Positions 29,875 to 40,011 of a stretch of 64,000 nt of DNA are shown here, piece by piece. Source of the stretch: an uncultured Gemmatimonadales bacterium (lineage in GTDB: Bacteria > Gemmatimonadota > Gemmatimonadetes > Gemmatimonadales > GWC2-71-9); contig CAVSQW010000007.1 in assembly GCA_963730185.1 (NCBI GenBank), positions 576,001 through 640,000 on the forward strand. The letters are read 5' to 3'. The notes under the pieces are model-generated. The model was not told where the DNA came from and made no database searches. It worked only from the letters and a program-made list of their open reading frames with translations. The number at the start of each line of letters is the position of its first letter. Position 1 is the first letter of the stretch. A program made the position numbers and the translations under genes.

Positions 29875-32538
29875 ATGGCCGCCCCGCTGGAGCGCCTCTC
29901 GGCCGCGCTGGCGGGCCGGTACCGGATCGAGCGCGAGCTCGGGGCCGGCGGCATGGCCACCGTCTACTTGGCCCACGACCTGAAGCACGACCGCCAGGTC
30001 GCCATCAAGGTCCTGAAGCCGGAGCTGGCCGCCGTGCTCGGCGCCGAGCGGTTCGTCGCCGAGATCAAGACCACGGCGGCCTTGCAGCACCCGCACATTC
30101 TTCCGCTGTTCGATTCGGGCGAGGCGGACGGCTTTCTCTTCTACGTGATGCCGTTCGTCGACGGCGAGACGCTCCGGGCCCGCCTCGACCGGGAACGGCA
30201 GCTCGGCGTGGAGGCGGCGGTGCAGATCACGGCCGAGGTGGCCGACGCGCTCCAGCACGCCCACGAGCGCGGGGTGATCCATCGCGACATCAAGCCCGAG
30301 AACATCCTGCTCCAGAACGGCCGGCCCATGGTGGCGGACTTCGGGATCGCGCTGGCGGTGAGCGCCGCCGCCGGCGGCCGGATGACCGAGACGGGCCTCT
30401 CGTTAGGCACGCCCCACTACATGAGTCCCGAGCAGGCCACCGCCGACCGGGAGATCGGGGCCCGGAGCGACGTCTACTCGCTGGCCAGCGTGCTCTACGA
30501 GATGCTCACCGGCGACCCGCCCCACACCGGCGCCTCGGCCCAGCAGATCATCATGAAGATCGTGACCGAGGAGGCCGCTCCGGTCGCCTCGGTCCGGCGG
30601 TCGGTTCCGCCTAACGTCGCGGCGGCGACGGACCAGGCGCTCGAGAAGCTCCCGGCCGACCGGTTCGAGAGCGCCGCCCTGTTCCGGGACGCGCTCCGGA
30701 ACCCCGGGTTCACGGCGGCGGGCCGCTCGGGTGCCCGGGCTCCCGCCGCCGGGTCGCGGCGGCTCGTCGGCCTGATGGCGGCGGTCGCGGTGGCCGCGCT
30801 CGCGCTGGCGGCGTGGGGGTGGCTCCGGCCGGTGTCCAAGGCGGGGCTGTTGCGGGTTCCCATCGTCCTCTGGAAGGCGCGCTTCGCGAACATCGTCTCC
30901 AGCGGCCAGCGGCAGATCGGACGCCAGGCGGCCATCGCGCCGGACGGATCGAGCATCGTCTTCGCGGATTCCGTCGGAGACGGGGTCGAGCTCCGGCGGA
31001 AGCGGCGCGACGCGGGCGCGAGCGAGCCCGTCCCGGGGACGGAAGGGGCCGAGTCGCCCTTCTTCTCCCCCGACGGCCGGTGGATCGGCTTCGTGACCAC
31101 CGACGGACACATCCGGAAGCAGGAGCTCGCCGGGGGCGGCGCGGTCGACGTCGTGGGCGACGCGAGCTACGTCTATCAGTATGCGGCCTGGCTGGACGAC
31201 AACACCATCGTTTACGTCGACACCGCGTCGGGCTTGAGCCGGGTGGACGCGGACGGCGGACGGGAGCGGGTCGCCGCCCCGTTCTCCGCGTTCGGCGAGC
31301 AGCTGATCTCGATGCTGTCGCCGTTGCCCGGCAGCCGCGGCGTGTTGTTGACGCTCTGCCCCGGCAACTGTCTGGCCGAGCCGTCCGTCGCCGTGTTGGA
31401 CTTGCGGACGGACAGCGTCCGGGTGCTGGTCCCGGGCGCGGTCGGCGCGTGGTATGCCCCGACCGGACACTTGCTCTACACGCTCCCCACCGGCGGGCTG
31501 TACGCGGTACCCTTCGACCTGGACGGCCTCCGGGTCACCGGCGGCGCGGTCTCCGTCATCGAGGACGTCAGTCCGACCGAGTTCGCGCTGTCTCGGAACG
31601 GTACCGCGCTCTACTCGACGGGCGTCGGCGGGAGGCGAAATGCCGAGCTGGTCTGGGTGGGGCGGGACGGGAGGGTCACGCCGGTGGACACGACCTGGCG
31701 GGCGGACTTCCAGTATCCGGCGCTCTCGCCCGACGGCCAGACGATCGCCGTGAGCGTGACCGACCCGAAGAGCACCCAGCTCTGGGTCCGCCGGCCGAAT
31801 GGCAGCCGGCAGAAGCTCACCCTCCGCGGTGACCTCAGCTGGCGGCCGTCGTGGAGCGGGGACGGACGCACGATCGCGTTCGTCGGCGCCGTGGGCGAAG
31901 GGGCGAACGACTGGGACGCCTTCCAAGTCCCCGCGGACGGCGGAGCGCCCGCCGCGCCGCTCCTCCACCAGGATCTCGGCACCTGGGAGGTGGAGTTGAG
32001 CCGGGACGGGCGGTGGCTGCTCGACCGCACCGACAACGGGAGCGGGTCGCGGTCGGACATCCATGCCCGCCGGTTGCGGGGCGACACGACCCGATTCGAC
32101 GTCGCCGTCGGACACGGATTCAACCGCCAGCCGGTCCTCTCGCCGGACGACCGGTGGGTCGCGTACATGGCCACCGAGTCCGGCCGCGAGGAGATCTACG
32201 TGGCGTCGTTCCCGGACCTGAAAGCCAAGCGGCTCGTGTCGCAGGGCGGGGGCCAGGAGCCGCGGTGGTCGGCCAGCGGGCGGGAGCTCTTCTTCAAGAG
32301 CGGCGGCGCCATGATGGTCGTGGACGTGCCGCCCGGGCCCGACCTGTCGCCCAGCCTGCCACGGCCTCTGTTCCCGCTGGTCGGCGTGCTCGGGGCCATG
32401 AACCGCCAGCAGTACGACGTGTCTCCCGACGGCCAGCGATTCCTGATGATCCAGGACCGGAGTCAAGCGTCGAAGCGGGAGCTGATCTACGTCGAGAACT
32501 GGTTCGACGAGCTACGCGCCAGGACGGAAGCGAAATGA
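29875..32538 (+). CDS. Receptor-like Ser/Thr kinase K6: kinase-TM-PD40 beta-propeller
   Basis: Intact kinase motifs; TM AVAALALAAWGWLRP; SPDG blades; terminal YVENWFDELR. Confidence 0.92.
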   Translation: MAAPLERLSAALAGRYRIERELGAGGMATVYLAHDLKHDRQVAIKVLKPELAAVLGAERFVAEIKTTAALQHPHILPLFDSGEADGFLFYVMPFVDGETLRARLDRERQLGVEAAVQITAEVADALQHAHERGVIHRDIKPENILLQNGRPMVADFGIALAVSAAAGGRMTETGLSLGTPHYMSPEQATADREIGARSDVYSLASVLYEMLTGDPPHTGASAQQIIMKIVTEEAAPVASVRRSVPPNVAAATDQALEKLPADRFESAALFRDALRNPGFTAAGRSGARAPAAGSRRLVGLMAAVAVAALALAAWGWLRPVSKAGLLRVPIVLWKARFANIVSSGQRQIGRQAAIAPDGSSIVFADSVGDGVELRRKRRDAGASEPVPGTEGAESPFFSPDGRWIGFVTTDGHIRKQELAGGGAVDVVGDASYVYQYAAWLDDNTIVYVDTASGLSRVDADGGRERVAAPFSAFGEQLISMLSPLPGSRGVLLTLCPGNCLAEPSVAVLDLRTDSVRVLVPGAVGAWYAPTGHLLYTLPTGGLYAVPFDLDGLRVTGGAVSVIEDVSPTEFALSRNGTALYSTGVGGRRNAELVWVGRDGRVTPVDTTWRADFQYPALSPDGQTIAVSVTDPKSTQLWVRRPNGSRQKLTLRGDLSWRPSWSGDGRTIAFVGAVGEGANDWDAFQVPADGGAPAAPLLHQDLGTWEVELSRDGRWLLDRTDNGSGSRSDIHARRLRGDTTRFDVAVGHGFNRQPVLSPDDRWVAYMATESGREEIYVASFPDLKAKRLVSQGGGQEPRWSASGRELFFKSGGAMMVVDVPPGPDLSPSLPRPLFPLVGVLGAMNRQQYDVSPDGQRFLMIQDRSQASKRELIYVENWFDELRARTEAK

Positions 32539-32557
32539 CGGCCCAGGGGTGGGTGCC

Positions 32558-34940
32558 ATGACGCCGATCCTCGAGCGCCTCTCGGCGGCCCTGGCCGACC
32601 GGTACCGGATCGTGCGCGAGCTCGGGGCCGGCGGCATGGCCACCGTCTACCTGGCCCGCGACCTCAAGCACGACCGGGACGTGGCGGTCAAGGTGCTCAA
32701 GCCGGAGCTGGCCGTGGCCCTGGGCGCCGAGCGGTTCCTGGCGGAGATCCGGGTGATGGCCACGCTCCAACACCCCCACCTGCTGCCGCTGTTCGATTCG
32801 GGCGAGGCCGACGGGCTTCTCTTCTACGTCATGCCGTATCTCGAGGGCGAGACTCTGCGGACCCGCCTTCAGGCGGAGCGGCAGCTGCCGGTGGAGGAGG
32901 CGATCCGTCTCGCGGGGCTCCTGGCCGGCGCGCTCGATTTCGCCCACGCCCGGGGCGTCATCCATCGCGATCTCAAGCCGGAGAACATTCTGCTCCAGGC
33001 CGGGCAGCCGGTGATCGCCGACTTCGGGATCGCGCTCGCGGTGGCCCAGGCGGGCGGCGACCGGATCACCGAGACGGGCCTCTCGCTGGGCACGCCGAGC
33101 TACATGAGCCCGGAGCAGGCATCGGGGACCGAGACCGTGGACGCCCGCTCCGATCAGTTCGCGCTCGGAGCGGTCACCTACGAGATGCTGGTGGGGGAGC
33201 CGCCGCACACCGGCGCCAACACCCAGACCATCATCGCCCGGGTGATGACGGAGACGCCGCGGAGCATCCGGGCCGTGCGGCCGGCAGTGCCTGCTGGGGT
33301 GGAGGCCGCCGTGCAGCGGGCGCTGGCCAAGCCGCCGGCCGATCGGTTCGCCAGCTGCGGCGCCTTTGCCGCGGCGCTCTCGGCCGGCACTCGGGAGACC
33401 GCCCGGGCCCGCCCGGGGCGGTGGCTGGCCGCCATCGGTGCGGTCGTGGTCCTGGTGGCGGTGGCCGGGTATGTCATCCTAACCCGCACGAGACCCGGCG
33501 ACGCCGGGGCGGCGGAGCGCTCCCTCGCGGTGCTGCCGTTCACCTCGGTCGGGGGCGACACGGCCAACGCCTACTTCGCCGCCGGTATCGCCGACGAGCT
33601 GAGCAGCGCGCTGACCCGGATTCCGGGGCTCCGCCTGGCGGGCCACGCCTCGGCGGCCCGGGTCAAAGAGCGGGGCGACGCCGCGGTGGACATCGGCGAC
33701 CGCCCTCCACGTGGGTGCGGTGCTCGACGGCTCCGTCCGGCGGGCCGGGAACCGGATCCGGGTCACCGCGGAGCTGACCAGCACTACGGACGGCCGGGTG
33801 ATGTGGAGCGACACCTACGAGCGGCCGCTGGAGGACGTCTTCGCCGTGCAGGACGAGATCACCCGGGCGATCGTCGGCGCCCTCCAGGTCCGTCTGGCGA
33901 GCGGTGCGGCCGATCCAGGCAAGGCGCGGGGCGGCACCACCAACCTGGCGGCTTACGATCTCTACCTCAGGGGGCTCCAGGCATATCGTGGGCGGAATCA
34001 TGGGGTGCTCGAAGCGGAGCGGTACCTCCGCCAAGCGATCGCCCGGGACCCGGGGTACGCCGCCGCCCACGCACTGCTCGCCTCGGTGCTGCTGGTACAG
34101 CCGTTCTACGTCGCCGTGCGCCCCGATGCGGTGCAAGAGCCGGCGAGGGCGGCGGCCATGCGGGCCGTCGCCCTCGATGACTCGATGGCATCCGGCCACG
34201 TCGCACTCGGGTTCGCCCATATTCGGGCGACCGAATGGGCCGACGCCGAGCGCGAATTCCGTCGTGCCCTCGCGCTCGATCCACAGGTGGAGGACGGGCA
34301 TTATCGCCTGGGCGACCTCTATCTACAGACCGGGCGCATCCGCGACGCCCTCCGGGAGCTCGAAGAGGGCGCCCGGCTCGATCCGCTCTACACGATTCAG
34401 CTTTCGTATCAGGGTTGGGCCCTCGCGTTGCTCGGTCGGGCCGAGGAGGCGCAGGCCACGATGCGGCAGGCCCTGGCCATCGACCCCGAGAGCGTCGTTC
34501 CCCATTTCATCAGCCAATGGGTCCTCGACCTGGTCGGGGCGCCGGACGAAGCGGCGGCCGAGGCCCGGGCCGCACTGTCGATCAACCTCCTTCCGATGCG
34601 CCAGGGTATTGCGGCCTGGTCGTTGGCCCGCGGCGGGGCGCGGGCGGAAGCCACCGCAATCCTGCGTCGTCTGGAGCGCTTGCCGGCCGCGACGCCCGGC
34701 CGGGCGTCAGGTCTGGTCTTTGCCCGGCTCGGGCTGGAGGACTGGCCGGGGGCCCTGAACGCCCTCGAGGACGCCGCGATCCGGGAGCCCCAGATGCTCA
34801 CGGCGGTGCTGATGGTGAACCCGGCGTACGATCCAATCCGTTCCAACCCGCGGTTCGCGGCGGTCATTCAGAAGCTCAATCTCGACGTCACCCGGTTCAC
34901 CTTGCCGGATGGCGGGCGATCGGAAGCGGCCGCCCGATGA
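32558..34940 (+). CDS. Ser/Thr kinase K7: kinase-TM-TolB-N-like-TPR, frameshift near 33698
   Basis: HRDLKPEN; SLAVLPF...YFAAGIADEL; AYDLYLRG and TPR helices; one extra base relative to paralogue K8. Confidence 0.88.
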
Positions 34941-34950
34941 GGCGCGCACC

Positions 34951-37340
34951 ATGACCTCGAGTCTCGAGCGCGTCTCGGCCGCCCTCCGCGACCGCTACCG
35001 GATCGAGCGCGAGCTCGGCCAGGGCGGCATGGCCACCGTCTACCTGGCCCGCGACCTCAAGCACGATCGGGACGTGGCGGTCAAGGTGCTCAAGCCGGAG
35101 CTGGCCGTGGCCCTGGGCGCCGAGCGGTTCCTGGCGGAGATCCGGGTGATGGCCACGCTCCAGCATCCCAACCTGCTGCCGCTGTTCGACTCGGGCCAGG
35201 CCGACGGTCTCCTCTTCTACGTGATGCCGTACCTCGAGGGCGCGACCCTCCGAAGCCGTCTCGAGGGCGAGCGCCAACTTCCGGTGGAGGAGGCGATCCG
35301 TCTCGTCGGACTGCTCGCCTCGGCGCTCGACTTCGCCCACGCCCGGGGGGTGATCCATCGCGATCTCAAGCCGGAGAACATCCTGCTCCAGGGCGGCCAG
35401 CCGGTGATCGCCGATTTCGGGATCGCGCTGGCCGTGGCGCAAGCGGGCGGCGACCGGATCACCGAGACAGGCCTCTCGCTGGGCACGCCGAGCTACATGA
35501 GTCCGGAGCAGGCATCGGGGACCGACGCCGTGGACGCCCGCTCCGATCAGTTCGCGCTCGGGGCGGTGACCTACGAGATGCTCGCGGGCGAGCCCCCGCA
35601 CACGGGCGCCAACACCCAGGCGATCATCGCCCGGGTGATGACGGAGACGCCGCGGAGCATCCGCGCGGTGCGACCGGCGGTGCCGGCTGGGGTGGAGGCC
35701 GCCGTGCAGCGGGCGCTGGCCAAGCCGCCGGCCGATCGCTTCGCGAGCTGTGGTGCCTTTGCCGAGGCGCTCTTGGCGGGCACCCGCGAGACGCCCCGCG
35801 GTCGCCCGGGCCGGTGGCTGGCTGGCCTTGGCGCCGTGGTGATTCTGGTGGCGGCAATCGGATACGTGGTCCTGACCCGCCGGGCGCCCAATGGTACCGC
35901 GTCCGGTGCATCGGCGGAGCGCTCGCTCGCCGTGCTGCCGTTCACCTCGGTCGGCGGGGACACGGCCAACGCCTACTTCGCCGCCGGCATCGCCGACGAG
36001 CTGAGCAGCGCGCTGACCCGAATTCCGGGGCTCCGGCTGGCGGGCCACGCCTCGGCGGCCCGGGTCAAGGAGCGGGGCGCCGCCGCCGTAGACATCGGTA
36101 CCGCCCTCAACGTGGGCGCGGTGCTCGACGGCTCCGTGCGGCGGGCCGGCAACCGGATCCGGGTCACGGCGGAGCTGACCAGCACCACCGACGGCCGGGT
36201 GATGTGGAGCGACACCTACGAGCGGCCGCTCGAGGACGTCTTCACGGTCCAGGACGAGATCACCCGGGCCATCGTCGGCGCCCTCCAGGTCCGGCTGGCG
36301 AGCGGCGCGGCCGAGCCGGGCAAGGCGCGCGGCGGCACCACGAACCTGGCCGCCTACGATCTCTATCTCAGAGGGCTCCAGGCGTATCGTGGGCGGAATC
36401 GGGGGGTCGTGGACGCCGAACGGTATCTGCGCGAGGCGATCGCCCGGGACCCGGGTACGCCGCGGCGTACGCGCTGCTCGCGTCGGTGCTGCTGGTGCAG
36501 CCGTACTACGTGCCGGTTCGGCCCGATGACGTCCAGGCGCCCGCGCTGGCCGCGGCCACGCGGGCCGTCGCCCTCGACGACTCGATGGCGTCCGGCCACG
36601 TGGCGCTGGGTTTCGCGAAGATGCGGGCGACGGAATGGGCCGACGGGGAGCGCGAGCTGCGCCGGGCGCTGGCCCTCGACCGCCAAGTGGAGGACGGGCA
36701 CTTTCGCCTGGCCGACCTGCTCCTGGAGACCGGGCGGATCCGGGACGCGCTCGACGTGCTGGAGGAGGGCACCCGGCTCGATCCGCTCTACTCGATTCAG
36801 CTCGCGTACAAGGGGTGGGCGCTGGCCCTGCTCGGGCGGGCCGAGGAGGCCCGGGCGACGATGCGACAGGCGCTGGCACTCGACCCCGAGAACATCACCA
36901 GCAACTCCCTCGACCAATGGGTGCTCGACTTGGTCGGGAGCCCGGACGAAGTGGCCGCCCAGGCCCGGGTCAATCTGTCTCTCAGCCACCTTCCGATGCG
37001 TCGGGGCGTCGCGGCCTGGTCGCTCACCCGCGGTGGCGCCCGCGGGGAGGCCGCGGCCATCCTGCAGAGCCTCGAGGCCCTGCCGGCGGATACGCAAGGT
37101 CGGGCGACCGGCCTGATCTTCGCGAGGCTCGGGCTCAAAGACTGGTCAGGAGCCCTGCGGGCGCTCGAAGACGCCGTGACCCGGGAACCCCAGCTGGTGC
37201 TTTCCGTCAACATGGTGAACCACGCCTTCGATCCGATCCGGTCGGACCCCCGGTTCGCGGCGGTCATTCGGAAGCTCAATCTCGACGTGGCCCGGTTCAC
37301 GCTGCCGGACGGCGGGCGGTCGGAGCAGGCCGCCCAATGA
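34951..37340 (+). CDS. Ser/Thr kinase K8: tandem paralogue of K7, frameshift near 36455
   Basis: Collinear with K7; one G missing in gacccgggtac compared with gacccggggtac in K7. Confidence 0.88.
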
Positions 37341-37350
37341 GGAGCGACGC

Positions 37351-40011
37351 GTGACGTCGAACGCCGAGCGCCTCTCGGCCGCCCTGAGCGACCGCTACCG
37401 GATCGAGCGCGAGCTGGGGGCTGGCGGGATGGCCACCGTCTTTCTCGCGGAAGACCTCAAGCACGACCGCAAGGTCGCGATCAAGGTGCTGAAGCCCGAG
37501 CTGGCGGCGGTGCTGGGCGCCGAGCGGTTCGTGCAGGAGATCAAGACCACGGCGGCGCTGTCCCATCCCCACATCCTGCCGCTCTTCGATTCCGGCGAGG
37601 CCGCCGGGTTTCTCTACTACGTCATGCCCTACATCGAGGGCGAGACCATCCGAGACCGGCTGAACCGGGAGACGCAGCTCGGGGTGGAGGAGGCCGTCCG
37701 GATCACCGTGGAGGTGGCGGACGCGCTGGACTACGCCCACCGCCACGGGGTGATCCACCGGGACATCAAGCCCGAGAACATCCTGCTTCACGACGGGCGG
37801 GCGATGGTGATGGATTTCGGGATCGCCTTGGCCGTCAGTGCCGCGGCCGGCGGGCGGATGACCGAGACGGGCCTCTCGTTAGGCACGCCCCACTACATGA
37901 GCCCGGAGCAGGCGACCGCAGACAAGGACATCACGGCCCGGAGCGACGTCTATTCGCTGGCGAGCGTGCTCTACGAGATGCTGACCGGGAACCCGCCGCA
38001 CACGGGAAGCTCGGCGCAGCAGATCATCATGAAGATCATCGCCGAGCCGGTGGCGGAGGTCACGACGCTCCGGAAGTCGGTGCCGGCGAACGTCGCGGCG
38101 GCGCTGGGGAAGGCGCTCGAGAAGCTTCCGGCGGACCGGTTCCCGACGGCGGCCGAGTTCGCCCGGGCGCTCGGCGACCCGGTCTTTCGGGCCGCGGTCC
38201 ATGGTGGACCGGGTGTCGGCCGCGCGGGCGGGAGAGAGGTCGCTCGGCGCGCGCTCCCGTGGCTCGTGGCCGCCGGCTCGCTCGGCGTCGCGGTCGTGGC
38301 CCTCCTCCGGACGGGCCCTTCCCGGGCCGGGCCCGTGGAGCCGCTCTTCGCGAGCCTGGACGTCTCCGGGCTTCGGGTGCGCGGCGGGGGATCCAACAGC
38401 TTCAGTGTCTCGCCGGACGGCGGACAGGTGGTCTTCGCCGTCGACCGGAACGACAACACCGGGCTCGCGGTCCGCGCGCTCGACGCGATCGAGGTCCGGC
38501 TCCTGCCGGGAACGCGCGGGGCGGCGTTCCCCTTCTGGTCCCCGGACGGCAAGTCGCTCGGCTTCTTCGCCGACGATTCGCTCAAGACGGTGGAGCTGGC
38601 GTCCGGGACGGTCCGGTCGCGGTGCCGGGCGGGCGCGACGCAGGGTGGAACCTGGGGGATCGACGGCACGATCCTCTTCTCGGGCTCCGAGGGGATGCTC
38701 CGGACGTCGGGTGCCGGGGGGCCCTGCGAGGTGATGCCGGTCCCCGACGAGGCCCGGGCCGGACCGGAGGCCGAGGGTCGCCGGCCGACGTTCTTTCCCG
38801 ACGGGCGGCACTATCTCGTTACCGGTGGGTCGAAAGCCTGGCTGGGGGAGCTGGGACGGGACCGCCTTGTGCTGCTCCGGGATCTGTACATCGCGAAGGC
38901 GGTGCTGGCCCCGCCCGACTACCTGATGTGGCCCGGCGCGGACGGGCTCTTGGCGCAACGGGTCGACCTTGGACGGGGCCGGATGGTAGGAGACCCGGTT
39001 CGGATCTTGCCCCGGATCGCGTATCCCGGGGCGTACACCGGCGTGTCCGTTTCGGCGAACGGTGTGCTGGTCGCCTCGCCCGCCACGGGGCCGGCAGCGG
39101 ACTCGGCGATCGTCAGCCCGGGCCGTGTCATGGGCACGATCGAGCGTGGGACGACGACGTCGCTCCAGACGACGGCCCTGGCCGAGACCGTGTGGGACTG
39201 GCTCCGGCTTTCGCACGACGGCACCCGGGTGGCCTTGGGCGGGTGGGACCTTCAGGCGATGAGCCTGGCCAGCGGTCGCTGGGTCCACCTTGCCGAAACA
39301 CCGGCAACGGGCCGGGAAATCGTCTCGACGCCGTTGTGGTCGCCGCGCGACACGGCGGTCGTGTACGAGACGCGGCCCACGGCCCGGTCCCTTCGGATCG
39401 CGTCCCTGGCGAGCGGGGCCGTCCGGACCGTTTCGCGATTCCCGTTCGACCAGTGGCCCGGCTGCTGCTATGGACCCTTCGACGATCTCTCGCCGGACGG
39501 ACGGTGGGTGGTCTTTGCCCGCGGCAGCTCGCCGTCCCTGCTGACCGAAGCCTGGGAGTACGACCTGGTTGCCGATACGGCGCGTCGTCTCTTTCTGGCC
39601 CCGGGCTCGATCTCCGATCTGCGCTACGATCCGGCCGGCGGGTGGATCGCGTACCAAGTCACGACGCCGGGCCAGACCGATGTCTTTCTTCGGCCGTATC
39701 CCAGCCCCGGCAGCCCGATTCGGATCTCGTCCGGCGGCGCCCGGATGCCGCGCTGGCGCGCGAACGGCTCGGAGCTGTTCTACCTCGACGGGCACGACGC
39801 GGTCACGGCCGTGCCGGTGCAGGCGGCCGGAAGCAGCGTGACGGCGGGGGCGCCCACGGTCGTGACTCCCGGCGACGCGCTCGGGGGGTGGACGGTCGCT
39901 TCGTTCGACGTCGCGCCCGACGGCCGGCGGTTTCGCTTCGTCCTGGTGCCGGAGGTCCGCTCGTTCTGGCTCGTCGTCGGATGGCGTCATCTGCTCGGAG
40001 GCACCCCATGA
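37351..40011 (+). CDS. Receptor-like Ser/Thr kinase K9: kinase-TM-PD40 beta-propeller
   Basis: GTG start with GAGGAG RBS; intact kinase; FPFWSPDG blades. Confidence 0.92.
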   Translation: MTSNAERLSAALSDRYRIERELGAGGMATVFLAEDLKHDRKVAIKVLKPELAAVLGAERFVQEIKTTAALSHPHILPLFDSGEAAGFLYYVMPYIEGETIRDRLNRETQLGVEEAVRITVEVADALDYAHRHGVIHRDIKPENILLHDGRAMVMDFGIALAVSAAAGGRMTETGLSLGTPHYMSPEQATADKDITARSDVYSLASVLYEMLTGNPPHTGSSAQQIIMKIIAEPVAEVTTLRKSVPANVAAALGKALEKLPADRFPTAAEFARALGDPVFRAAVHGGPGVGRAGGREVARRALPWLVAAGSLGVAVVALLRTGPSRAGPVEPLFASLDVSGLRVRGGGSNSFSVSPDGGQVVFAVDRNDNTGLAVRALDAIEVRLLPGTRGAAFPFWSPDGKSLGFFADDSLKTVELASGTVRSRCRAGATQGGTWGIDGTILFSGSEGMLRTSGAGGPCEVMPVPDEARAGPEAEGRRPTFFPDGRHYLVTGGSKAWLGELGRDRLVLLRDLYIAKAVLAPPDYLMWPGADGLLAQRVDLGRGRMVGDPVRILPRIAYPGAYTGVSVSANGVLVASPATGPAADSAIVSPGRVMGTIERGTTTSLQTTALAETVWDWLRLSHDGTRVALGGWDLQAMSLASGRWVHLAETPATGREIVSTPLWSPRDTAVVYETRPTARSLRIASLASGAVRTVSRFPFDQWPGCCYGPFDDLSPDGRWVVFARGSSPSLLTEAWEYDLVADTARRLFLAPGSISDLRYDPAGGWIAYQVTTPGQTDVFLRPYPSPGSPIRISSGGARMPRWRANGSELFYLDGHDAVTAVPVQAAGSSVTAGAPTVVTPGDALGGWTVASFDVAPDGRRFRFVLVPEVRSFWLVVGWRHLLGGTP

